Origin: Catajapyx aquilonaris
Lineage: Eukaryota
Assembly (NCBI GenBank): GCA_000934665.2
Contig: KZ538882.1
Location: 1 to 42,401 of the forward strand
DNA length: 42,401 nucleotides
Direction: 5' to 3'
Positions 31,675 to 42,401 of this stretch are shown here, piece by piece. Each line of letters starts with the position of its first letter. The first letter of the stretch is position 1. The notes beneath the pieces were generated by a model that saw only the letters and a program-made list of their open reading frames with translations, made no database searches and was not told the DNA's origin. Position numbers and translations under genes: made by a program.

Positions 31675-34518
31675 TCACAAGGCAGTCTCTGGTGTCCTTG
31701 GCCTCGGTGCGGAAAGGCCACTTTCCACATGCAAATTTGGAGAGTCATTCCCACTTCTTCCCACCGAAGTCTCACAATCGTTCAAATCCACATCCTCGTA
31801 TATGTGCTCTTTCTTGTCAGTCATTCCTCCTTGAGCTTTGTCAGTCTTATAAGATTCAGGTACAACAACACTCACAACAGCTCTGTCGTTTCCAGCGTTG
31901 GCAGCAGACTTCACTTCTGGACAACCTATATAGTTTTTTTAAAAAAGGACCTGTTGTTATATAGTCACTTGCATTTATATTTTTGGCTCACCTTTATTTT
32001 GAGTTTGCTTCGGAACATTTCCATTGGTGATTGACCCTTTGCATGCACCATTTACACCATTTTTGGCTCCATGTTCTGTCGGTACATGTCCGTTGCAGTT
32101 CTCCTGCCTCTTCCGCTTGATAGATTGTCTTAACGGTGCAGGGAAACCTTTTATTTGGTTCTCCGGACACCCACTGATAGTCTTGGAATACTTAATATCA
32201 TATGATAACAGCATTCCTGCAAATAATTGATCAAAATTTATGAAAATGTTGATGATGAGAAATTTAATTACTAATTAATCACACCTTCTTCCATATCTTC
32301 AAAGTAGAGCCGCGGCCCATCAAAAGGCACAAATGACTGTTGATGCTTCTTTTTTCGACTCCATCGTCGGTTGTCAGCCCTGCCAAAAAAAAAAAAAAGA
32401 TGCAAAATTTGGCTAATGAAACCCACACGACAAGTGAATGGCAGCGGAATAATTTGCGAGCTGCACAATTTACCACTGGCGGTACCGCTTCAGGAGATAC
32501 AGAACTCCTCCTAGGCAAACTGCCAGAACTGCGACAGTGAAAAGGGCCACGACGAATTTTGGCACAGGTTCTGGATTGTCTGAAAAACAATTTAAAAAAA
32601 AAAAAAACAGGGACAACGGATGAGTTAAAGAGAAAAAAAAAAAAATCTGTGGAAGGTTCATTACACTCCATTTTTTGTGTGTGTGTGTTAGTTTGGGAGG
32701 CTTTGTTTGTTTGTAGTTCAAACACAGACCTTCATCTTCAGGGACTAGTAAAACAGGAGACACTTTGGGTTGAGTCAGGTTGGCCACACGAGCTTCAGAC
32801 GTGAACTCGGTGCATTCCTCCGAGTCTTCGTCCCAGTACAGGCTACTGCTGTCGAGTTAAGAAGAAAAAATAAAATAAATGTATTTGCGTGAGGAGCTAT
32901 ATTTGCAAAGATTTGCGTAATATGTCAAAGGGAAAAAGTTGGTGCTTACGATACACATAAGCAGGTCCCGTTGCATCGGAGTTTTGGGTCGTACAGGAGA
33001 CACTCTTCGTCTGTTCTGCAGTGGATTTCTGTCAATCCCAAATGTCTAAAGGTCTCAGAGGATATTCCTGCAAATAATTGTAATTGTATAATAATTGCCA
33101 ATTGGTGGTCACATTTCTAAGAAAGTACGTCGCGTTATACAGTGTTCAGTTCTGGAATTCGGCCAGAATGTATAGGCATACGTGACTTCTAAGCACGCCA
33201 ATTAATGCAGTACGACATCTATAATTGTCAACCTCAATTGAAAAAAAGGGTCACATGAACCCAAATCAGGCAATGGTCCATACCAATATATTGTTGCAAT
33301 TATCATCGTGACATCCCGAAAGATTGAAAGTGAAGTACCTGGTATACACTGTTGTATACATGTAGTGTATATGAAACCCACTCGTAAGGGTTAAAGAGAT
33401 TTGGCATTAGTGCGGAACAAGTTCTTAAAATATGTCGATACGATTTCTAAAAATATGTTTGGTCCATGTCATGATATAAGACGCATATTTTTTTAAGCCC
33501 TCCAAACGCGTCACTTTTATCGTCACTGATCTCTCTCAATGAGAACATTGGCTTCCTTAAATACGCAACATTTTGTGCATGCGTATAAAAGCAGATTTTT
33601 GACAAATTGTCAAAAATAACAATTGAAATATTGGCTGCTGTTGTGTTTTTCGATATTTTGAAAGTTGAAAGGAAGAAATAGTAAAGATAGGTCAATTTGT
33701 GTTACAATATGCTTACAATACATAGCAATAAATTAATATACAGTATAATTTATTTAAAAAAATTTAAATCCATATTTTCAACTCATCGTTTACTCTATTA
33801 GTACGTCCCATTCTAATAATGAAGGTGATGCCACATTTAAAAAAAGGGACACTGACGACATTTCGATTAATCACTCCGAAAATTCAGATACTTGACAATT
33901 ATTTTTTCTGGGAATCAATTAACTGTAATAACCTCTTCAATACCATAAAATAAGTTATCAAATTATTATGACTATTTCATGAAAAGGTCAACGACAAAAA
34001 ATATGCAAAATTAATATTTAAAAAATCAAGAAATTAAGAGATTCCATTTTTCCATCACACAGTTGGGTTAGTGTTTATTTATTTATTTAAAAAGCACGCA
34101 GCTGTAATTTTACCCTTGTTTACAAAAACCTATTCGAACAATTTCTGATGTAATATAGGTTATTATTTGTTCTGGGCGACGTAAAAATATTAATTGGCAA
34201 TTAATTTTCAATTAAGTAACAGCCTACAAATCACGGGGAGTTCAATTATTATATTTATTAATGATTAATGCTGATTCCATAATAAGCGAGTTCTGAGCCA
34301 TTTGAGTCAATTACTTTATGACGAATATAGTACATGTGCCAAAGAATGTGAGACGCGCAGTGTTGAACTTACATAACCCTCCTTGTCGATACTTTAGCTT
34401 TTGTCAACTACTGACCTTCGACCGAGTAGTCCACGTGACCTTCCTGGGGCATCGCCCTGACCCATAAGGAGCAGGTGACCCAGGTCACGACCCCAAGGCA
34501 CCACCACAGGAAGGACAT
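31675..34518 (-). CDS. Uncharacterised type I membrane protein (~335 aa): signal peptide, one 6-Cys EB/EGF-like module, TM helix, long cytoplasmic tail
   Basis: Exons 34416-34518, 32950-33067, 32730-32848, 32474-32579, 32285-32379, 31992-32216, 31675-31916 (1008 nt, phase-consistent). Signal MSFLWWCLGVVTWVTCSLWVRA; module CRTDEECLLYDPKLRCNGTCLCVSSSLYWDEDSEEC; TM FVVALFTVAVLAVCLGGVLYLL-KRYR; ends ETAL*. AATAAA at 31623-31628. The first exon is the least certain. Confidence 0.75.
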
Positions 34519-36300
34519 CCCTTCGTCTAGTCCTCCCAATAAACGTCCCACAGCAGGACCTCAACATCCGGACCAAACTTGTCCCCCTTTGTGTCTGCGA
34601 TGCCCAATTCGCACTGTATATTCTCTTCTTGGCACCGGTACCCTGTCGGGGGTGTTATAGTGTTAGGCACACAAGCAGGTCGTGGGGGACTTGTGGGCAA
34701 GTCCGCCCAATAATTCCAACTGAGGCCCCCCCCCCCCTACCAGCACCTCAGCTGTTCAAAATAGAATTTTCCTTTGGCCACATGCAGTCAATGTATTGCA
34801 CAGATTACTTTTTTTTTTGCTGGGTGCTGAATTTATTGATAGCGCTACTATTTTGTAAGGTGACGTAGGTCCAGATTTGGCAGGTGATGCTGGTGACATT
34901 TCTATATTAAGCACCCAGCAGTTTGTAGTGTTTTTCGTCAACACCTTATTTCACTGGAAGCTCCTTTTGCGTCACAACTTAGTGGCCGACTTATCCGGAA
35001 ATAGGCCTGGTTTTTTAGATGGATATAGAGAGCTGCTATTGCGAAAATGGGGTCGATGGAAATACCAGGTCATGGTTAAGATATCGCGAAATTTTAAATT
35101 GGCAGATTTTATTACAGGTTGATTAATGTTGGAATGCGGGTATGACACGTGTTGAACTTGGCCTCCGAATTTTTGTGGACATGGGCCAAACGTCTTTAAA
35201 CGAGTCGTATCAAGGTGGGGGGAGAACACTTGTCACATTGCTATCAGAACCTTTTTCTTTGAAGGCAACTTGCCCAAAGTCACTTGGAGGCCGTTTGGGA
35301 ACTCTTTAAAAAAAAAAGAGCAAAAGATGAGAAAAATTGTCTGTTTTATTTAATTGCAAGAAAGGGATACTGGGGATTAACATTGAAGCGTTTTAAAGGC
35401 GAGGTAAACATACGTTTGAAGGCTACGACGTTTTTATGTGTTTACAAACCTTTTTTTTTCCGGTATTTTTATTGCGATTTTTTTTCCCCGAACCGCTGGG
35501 GGCTTTGAATTATTTATATCCTCGTGGTTTAAAAATATTTTTGAGGTCATCATTCATCTGGATGTGCTAAGTGTTATTACCCACCTTATAAGTGGGAGTG
35601 ACATGACGTCACGACGTTGGTGACACTTCTGGACACCGTTTAGTTTCAGACTATTTTAAAAAAAATTGTCACATTCAGGATTTCAAATTAAATTGCAAAT
35701 TTGGAGTGCTTTAATTAAATTATTGTCATCCGCACTTTAGCAATGGAAGATTTAGAAGGACTTGACCTTGATATAAAATGCTTATGATCTTTTACATACG
35801 GTATATAAAAGGCGAAGTCTGCAGGTTTGTTTGTCCAAATAATGGCAGACATGGCAGGAAAAAACAAAGTGTTTCTTATGAAGTTTATTCGCAATTTTTA
35901 ACCGGTACTATTTGACACTCTGTAGCATTTTTTTGGTGACATTCAGTGTTTTAAGCAAAACCTGTGCATTTCTCTATTGTCGCCATGCTCTCTTTTGAAT
36001 GTACTCGAGTTGACGCTATCTGTACGTGTCAAGTTTTGTTGTTGAACTCCAGTCTATAAATCACCAGTTTATGCAACATTTTGTAAGTCGTAATCATGTT
36101 ACCTGCCAAGTTTGACTCCTGCGTAACCGACTTTTGCTGTGTTGTGATACGCTTCTTGTCGTTGCGACGACAATAGTTTCTTACAGATGACTACACCTTC
36201 TTCTTCCAAGATCGGATAACGTTCGCGCCGTAGGCGTTGCATAAGTTCAACAAACGGACTTTTTTTTTGGCCTGTGTGCCCTAGGTATTTTTTTTTTTTT

Positions 36301-36312
36301 NNNNNNNNNNNN
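36301..36312. other. Assembly gap (12 N) inside a poly-T tract
   Basis: Run of N flanked by T homopolymers. Confidence 0.99.
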
Positions 36313-36634
36313 TTTTTTTTTTTTGGAAATGTTCCCGTGGACTATACTGTACGGAACATGTCACCTTGGGTTGCTCTCCTGTCTCATGGCGCCCTTTTGT
36401 GTGTTTTTTTATGAGAATTTAAAGTGTCGGACTGACGTAACAGTGCAGGTCAGTAACGTCCACTTCTTAGAGGTTATACAGAGTACACATTATTTTGCGA
36501 CGTAAAATGTTTTTCATCAGTAGTTTTATTTGGCTGGAAAAAAATCACAGTGAGTCTCTCATTGATGTTGGTGGCTCAACTTTTTAGTGACTGGTTTTGT
36601 CGAGGCAAGAATTTTTTTTTGGATGAGAGTTCTT

Positions 36635-38514
36635 TTAGGCAGGAGTGAGACCCAGATCATTGAGGAACTTCTGGAAAAGCGCGTTGAACTGCTTGATCTC
36701 ATCCTCATGGTCCTTGTAGAACTGCTGAAGCTGCTGTTCCAGAGTGTTTGCTGCATCCTGAAGCTCCTGGAAGATATCCTGACCCAGTGCCTTCAGCTGC
36801 TCGACCAGGACTTGAAGCTTGGCCTTGATGGCAACCCACTCTTGCTTGGCCCATGCGATGAACTCCTCAACACGTTTCTTCAGGATGACAGCCAGATCCT
36901 CCAGGAGAGCCTTGCCCTTCTTTGCTGCAGACTCAAAGTCCTTCTCAGCCTCTGAAGCGTCTCTGGAAATAACATTTTCGCCATTACAGAGCCAGTTCAG
37001 AGATGTCTACAGTCCCTTTAAGCCAAAGAACGATCTGACGTCACAACAGCCATGCCACGTTCAGCCCTGCTTCCATCTTCCCTCCAATCACGAATCGCTC
37101 TGCAAGTATTCTTCTACGCATGCTCAGAAAACACCAGACGTGCTTTCTGAACATGCGCAGAGCGATTCTGGGACGTGATTGGAGGGAATAGCCTGGTGGA
37201 CGTGACGTCAGCTCGTTCTTTGGCTTAACGGACTGTAAGAACTTACCCCTTCTGCAGAGCGTGGATGCCATTGACGACGTCGGTCAGAGCAGAGTTGACA
37301 GCGTCCTTGTTGTCGTTGTAGAACTGGACAGTGTCGTCGATTTCCTCATTGCCGACCTTGTTAACCTCATCCAGTACCTCTTGTACGAACTTCTTCACCA
37401 CCTCAATATCAGCCTGGATTGTTGGCTGGATCTTCTTGTACTCAGCCTGTGCCCAGGCCAGCAGAGCATCAGCGTCCGCCTTGGCAGTTGGCTCGAAATC
37501 CTTAGCCAGAGTCTGCAGAATCTGGGCCATCTGCTCAGCATCTTGGATGGCAGGAGTCAGATCAGTGATGCTGCGAATAAAATCCGTTATAGAGATGTTC
37601 AGTCTGTTGTCATAATTTTAACTTACTCGTGGACTGGGATTCCAAGGGACTTGAGGACCTGAAGGATATCGCGCCACATGGCGGTGAACAGATCCTTGTG
37701 GGCCTCGAAGAAGTCGGCCACACTTTTCATCAGAGTTTGCCATTCGACGGCGAAATCGTTGCCGAACTATAGTAAGAAAATGAGTTGATTAGGACATGTC
37801 TAATTAGTACATTAGTTGTAGAGTAATCACATCGTTAGCAAGAGTCTCCAAGGCCTCAAGAGCTGAATCCAGCAGGGGCTTGAGGGCCTCCCACTTCTCC
37901 TCAACCCATGTCAGGAACATCTGGACATCATTCTTCAGAACAACACCAAGATCCTTCAGGACAACCTCCAAATCTCCAACGATAGCTTCGATATCCTTCT
38001 GCAAACCGGCAGTATCACTGGAATATACATGGTTAGGTTAACCTACAGTATGTTATACCAAAGAACGGGACCTACCCAGCGTCGATCTTCTTCATGGCAT
38101 CCTGAACAAGGCCGTAGATGTCCTTGACCTCCTTGGAGTGGTTTCCGATGAACATGAGGGCCTGGAGGGTGACATCGTGGTTGAACTCGATCACATCAGC
38201 CAGGACAGCCTTGCCCACTTGGACTAGGGCCTCTCCGGCCTTCTCAATCTCTGGTTGAAGATGTACTCCTTCGGCCTCGAGCCATTGGATGAACTGCTGG
38301 ATGTCCGTGGCACTGGCGTCCACAGCAGCTTCCACAACCTGGGTGAGGTCCTTGATAAAGTCGATGATTGGGTCATCCGCTACCTCTGCAAATAAGTGGG
38401 TCATAACCTGTGCTAATTGGAGTCATAAGGGGATTTAAAAAACGTACTTTTTGTAGGCAGGGCATTGCAGGTGCAAAGACCGACAGCGAGGAAAAAAGCG
38501 AGAAAGAACTTCAT
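36635..38514 (-). CDS. Secreted acidic amphipathic-helical protein with four ~105-aa repeats (~451 aa), apolipoprotein/lipid-binding-like, paralogue A
   Basis: Exons 38448-38514, 38076-38385, 37831-38017, 37627-37766, 37247-37570, 36635-36962 (1356 nt). Signal MKFFLAFFLAVGLCTCNA. Repeats carry F-h-x-W-h-x-x-E/K-like cores (FIQWLEAE, FLTWVEEK, LLAWAQAE, FIAWAKQE) and F-[FYI]-x-x-[HN] motifs. Visibly GC3-rich codons. AATAAA at 36525-36530. Confidence 0.85.
37010..37235. mobile_element. Tc1/mariner-type MITE (226 bp) in the last intron of paralogue A
   Basis: TA flanks at 37008-37009 and 37236-37237. ~35-bp TIRs: CAGTCCCTTTAAGCCAAAGAACGATCTGACGTCAC / GTGACGTCAGCTCGTTCTTTGGCTTAACGGACTG. Further internal inverted repeats: CCCTCCAATCACG/CGTGATTGGAGGG and GAATCGCTCTGC/GCAGAGCGATTC. 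Confidence 0.88.
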
Positions 38515-38581
38515 CTGTAAGGAAAATGTCGTCAGCAAACTTTCTTAATTGATGTGTTAAATGTACGGGCGCAGAACTCAC

Positions 38582-38644
38582 CTTGTCTGACTACCCAGTA
38601 CTCTGGAGTGGCGGACAAGGAACGTATCTCCATTCAATTTATAC
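38582..38644 (-). promoter_or_regulatory. TATA box and short non-coding first exon of paralogue A
   Basis: GTATAAAT at 38644-38637. Donor AG|GTGAGT at 38581. Acceptor TTACAG directly before the ATG at 38514. Confidence 0.6.
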
Positions 38645-41581
38645 CCCTTCATAAGAATTGATAAAATATTATCTCGAGTATAGTTGACGTCGAAGAAAGT
38701 TTTTTTTTTTTGGTTCTGATATATATTTAATCCGTTGGATCTGTAAGAATGGACTTTGCTACCTGAGATTTAAAAAAAAGGCATTGCAAAAATGCATTGC
38801 GCATTACACCTTCTTTTGGATATAGAGATATGAAGGGAGGGATGGACTCTTGGCAGACATCTCAGGGACATCCATGACCGGCTTCAGAACTGACCATTAT
38901 CAAACACTGTTTCGTCAAGACATGATATGTTAGACAGGTGTGCACTCATAAGTCGTTTCCCTTCCAATTAAAGAAATGGGTGTGATTATTATAATACAGG
39001 AAATATTGACCACATTACAGATTGCATAATTATTTTTGTTGCATTTATAACCTCTTCATTAATAATAGATTTGATGTAGACACGTCGTTAGAAGAGTATT
39101 GCCATCAAAAGCCATTAATTAGCTCAATTGTTGACATTATTTATTGTGAAGGTTGAACCAACAATCCTATACTTGTAGGATATATCTGTGCTTTAGATGC
39201 ATATCACGTGACTTTATTGGGAGCAAATCATGGGTGTGTTACTTACCCAGTTATTTTCGATACGTGTGCCTCAAAGGTTAAACTGTTTTAAAGTCGGTCA
39301 TGCAACATCAGGATGATTAATCCTGTCAGATATAACCAGTGGCGTCTTAGTGTCGCAAATGATTACACACGTAATCATCAAGTCCACGATAAAAATTTTT
39401 AATCCTATTGTTGTTCTTGCCGTCAATTTATCAGCATAAGGCGAAGAACCACTTTATCCAGGATGTCAGTACAGTACATCAGCGAATTGTATAATATCTA
39501 ATCCGTATTAATTATCTCATGTCACATATGCCTAGAAACTACTTTTATTTGGACAGTCTCTTTGCAATGTGACTTGCAGGACAGATTAAGTTGTGGACAT
39601 TGTGTACACCTTTGGAACCCGGAATTAGTATGATAAGCTAGTATTGCTATTTGCTTTCACGATTATAATAAGTTATACAGGCTTAAGCTTATAGGGTGTT
39701 GTTCGTACTATAGAAATCACTATCTGTATTTTTAAGTAAATTATATGCTGATATGACTAATGTTCATCTGAGGGCCATAACCTTTCCTATGTGTCAAAAG
39801 TTGCCTGCATGACCAAGGTGTAATTAAATTTATTTAAAAAAATTAAGTTGTAAGTAGTTTTGTACTGTTTAAGGTCACATGAACATATCAGTGTTCTAGA
39901 CAAAGTAGCTCTTAATTTCTTTCATTTTTTTCATTTTTATATACGCATTTTTCAGGTAATTATGTAAAGAATCGACAGTGTACAATGCATAAAGCTCACT
40001 GTCTAAGCACTCCCATCGTTTATAGACTGCAATGGGGTTAGTACATGATAATTTATATGAAGATGAAAATTATTAATAATTATTCTTCAGTGGTGGATTC
40101 ATCGCACGTTATTAATTTGTTCCCTTTCGATTTATGATAACCATAAGTATGTTGAGAATTTTTACAGCGCAAATTTGGGTCATGGAATGCAAACTGACCT
40201 ACAAGAGGAAGATTGTCGAATTACTTTGTAATGTAGGTTGTGAACTTATTGCAATTGATTTGCCGTTACAATATTCTTCGTACCCTTACTGCGATAATAA
40301 AAGTATGTGGAGAGATGTTGGAACAGATCAGGAGTGTCCTATAAAATAATCTGGACATCAAAATGAAGTGCAAGTAAATATTGATATCACTTCTGTGACC
40401 TGTTCTTATAACATCTCATTGTCTGGGTACAAATGTAATATTATTTGAAGTGCCGTGCCGGTATTTTATGTATACAGGGAGTGACTTTTAGAGAAGGGTA
40501 CGTTGTTAGGGTACGTTTTAAAGATACGGGCACTTGCCCTTATTTATGACAACAGTACCTGTCACAATAATGATGATCCCATTTTAACGGGTTACAAGTG
40601 CTGTTTTCGAAAAAAAAAATTATCTCGATTGTTAAGTTTCTCAATGACGTCGACTTTCTGATATACTGCTTTCCTGGTCTTATCCGTCAAATATGATAAA
40701 AATTCTGACATTGATTGCAACATATATGTTGGAACCCAATTAGGCATTTATGTAATTTTTTTGTTACACTTAACTTGCACCATTATGTGGTCACATAGCG
40801 GACATTTTTAAACATTGAAAATCAAAAAAATGCTACCAAGGAAGCTGTACTGGATGCCTTTATTTTTGTAGGCCTAATAAAAATTCTGTCATTGAAGTTG
40901 TGGAATCATATATGACCATCATTATTGATGTGAAATTGCTGAAAATGGCAACGACACAATGCGGATTTCTATATACATTTTTCAAACGTGTATTGTTTAA
41001 AAATTACACTTTAATAGACACAAAGTGAGTCATTTGCATAAGTTCATGTTACATGTAATATTCTCTTAAGTTGAAGGGCCATTCCTTTCTCTTCTCGCAG
41101 CAACATGAACCATCTTGGCTTCTTCAAAAGGCTGAAACATTTCAAGAAGAATGTCCTCTGCATTACAGTTCACTGTTTTTCAATATGGGATTAAACAGTA
41201 TATCTTCTCTACAATATTTGAGTGTGCTAATAAGTATGCCATGTCATCATCAAACCAGGCTGAAAACTTTGATCCATCTTCCAACGCCATAATTTTAATG
41301 TGCAGGAATATTCTCATCCACTTGACGAACTCATATGTAAACATATCCAGACATCATATGTAACATGATGCCCATATTATCAGTTCTGCAGAATTTTTTT
41401 GTTGCTGTAATTTCAGTTGGGTTAAATTGTGGGGGGGAAAGTAATAAGTTTTTTGTAATATATATTTTAAGTTTTATTCAGGCTTCATGGGGGACATCAC
41501 AATTGTTGGTGGATGGGATCGATTTTGTTGCGATCGTTTAAAAAATAGTCATTTCGGAGTCGAGATGGAGTATTTTTTTCT

Positions 41582-42350
41582 TTACTGCCCGAAACCCAAA
41601 TCCTTGAGGAACAGTTGGATTGTGTCGTGAAGCTTCTGCACCAGATCTTGATGGTCCTGGAAGAAACCCTCAACCTTTGAAGCGAGATCCTGAGACTCCT
41701 TGCCGATCTCAGCCACGGCCTGAAAGAGACAGATGTTCAGCAAAAGTCTCTCTTCAACAATTTGTACTGATCTTATTACCTCCTTGATGACCTTCTGGAC
41801 AACCTGGATGACCACTGGAAGCAGCTGCTTCATCTGAGCCATCTGAGCCTTGAACCATGCGATGAATTCCTTCACACGCGCAACCACCAGGACCTTAACC
41901 TCAGCCATGATTGCATCGAACATCTGCTCGGTCTTCTTGAGGTCAGCAATTCCCTGCTGGGTATTCCTGCAGGAAGGACATTGTTTCAATTATTGTCTCC
42001 AGAATATTGTGATGTGTATAACTTACCCCTGGAGGAAATCATTGACGGTGACGACGATCTGATGGAAGAGGTCGTGAATCTCCTGGTCATGCTGGTCGAA
42101 GAAGGCTGCAGTGTCGTCCAATGCCTCGCCGATGACCTTCTGAAGCTCGGTGTACAGGGCGTCTAAGAAAGCCTTCATTGCTCCCTTAATGAGGTTGAAC
42201 ATGGGCTGCATCTTCTGCTCCTCAGCCTTGACCCATGCGACGAAAGCCTGAATCTCATCCTCAACGAAAGGCTGGAAGTCTATGGCCAGGGCCTTGACCT
42301 GAGCGATCAGAGACTCCAAGTCGTTGATGGCTGGAGTCAGATCTGTAGGG
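41582..42350 (-). CDS. Helical-repeat protein, paralogue B (3' part only; the 5' end lies beyond the window)
   Basis: Exons 42027-42350 (324 nt, same length and phase as 37247-37570; TDLTPAI.D.E), 41780-41966 (187 nt, same as 37831-38017) and 41582-41719. Motifs FVAWVKAE, EFIAWFKAQ, FF..H.D, FLKDLG. AATAAA at 41473-41478. Confidence 0.85.
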
Positions 42351-42401
42351 CTGGACAACATGTTAGTTCAATGCTGTCATCTCCAAAACTGTATATACTT
42401 A

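Noticed and set aside
34527..34720. ~63-codon open frame (WNYWADL...DVYWED*) ending 8 nt before the membrane-protein ATG, suggesting a bicistronic or uORF arrangement
   Set aside because: No start codon or in-phase upstream exon was found, the frame depends on a 12-G homopolymer, and there is no recognisable motif. The length is compatible with chance in a GC-rich 5' UTR.
36587..37662. Leu-rich plus-strand ORFs 36587-36955 and 37261-37662
   Set aside because: Antisense shadows of the GAG/CAG/AAG-rich minus-strand exons of the secreted repeat protein.
38650..41450. Short ORFs in AT-rich intergenic DNA (40134-40349, 41071-41363; likewise 193-546, 7532-8250, 33447-33695)
   Set aside because: Non-ATG or weak starts, AT-driven composition, and no splice partners or motifs. 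No RNA gene was recognisable either.

Overview
Eukaryotic genomic DNA: intron-rich, AT-rich intergenic sequence, mostly ~55-290-nt introns, from a compact invertebrate-type animal genome (species not determinable). Most short ORFs in the track are exon fragments or antisense shadows. Manual splicing gives: (1) a minus-strand tandem array of five intact VWA5A-like genes (VIT + VWA with MIDAS + hypervariable low-complexity linker + helical C-terminal domain of the VWA5A/PARP4 type; 3330-27177). The linker is unrelated between copies, and in copy 5 it is a ~220-aa nucleoporin-like FG-repeat segment. The copies also show a stepwise gradient of precise intron differences and mosaic similarity. (2) A plus-strand orphan gene with tandem SUMO-interaction-like motifs inside the array. 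(3) An intact-frame, apparently mitochondrially targeted ornithine transcarbamylase homologue that has lost essentially all catalytic residues, head-to-head with (4) DTD2/ATD. (5) A single-pass membrane protein with one Cys-rich module and a PDZ-type C-terminus. (6) Two paralogous helical-repeat proteins, one complete with a signal peptide and one truncated by the window edge. There are also MITE/transposon remnants, intronic palindromes and a 12-N gap. All gene models were read by eye and have no transcript support.
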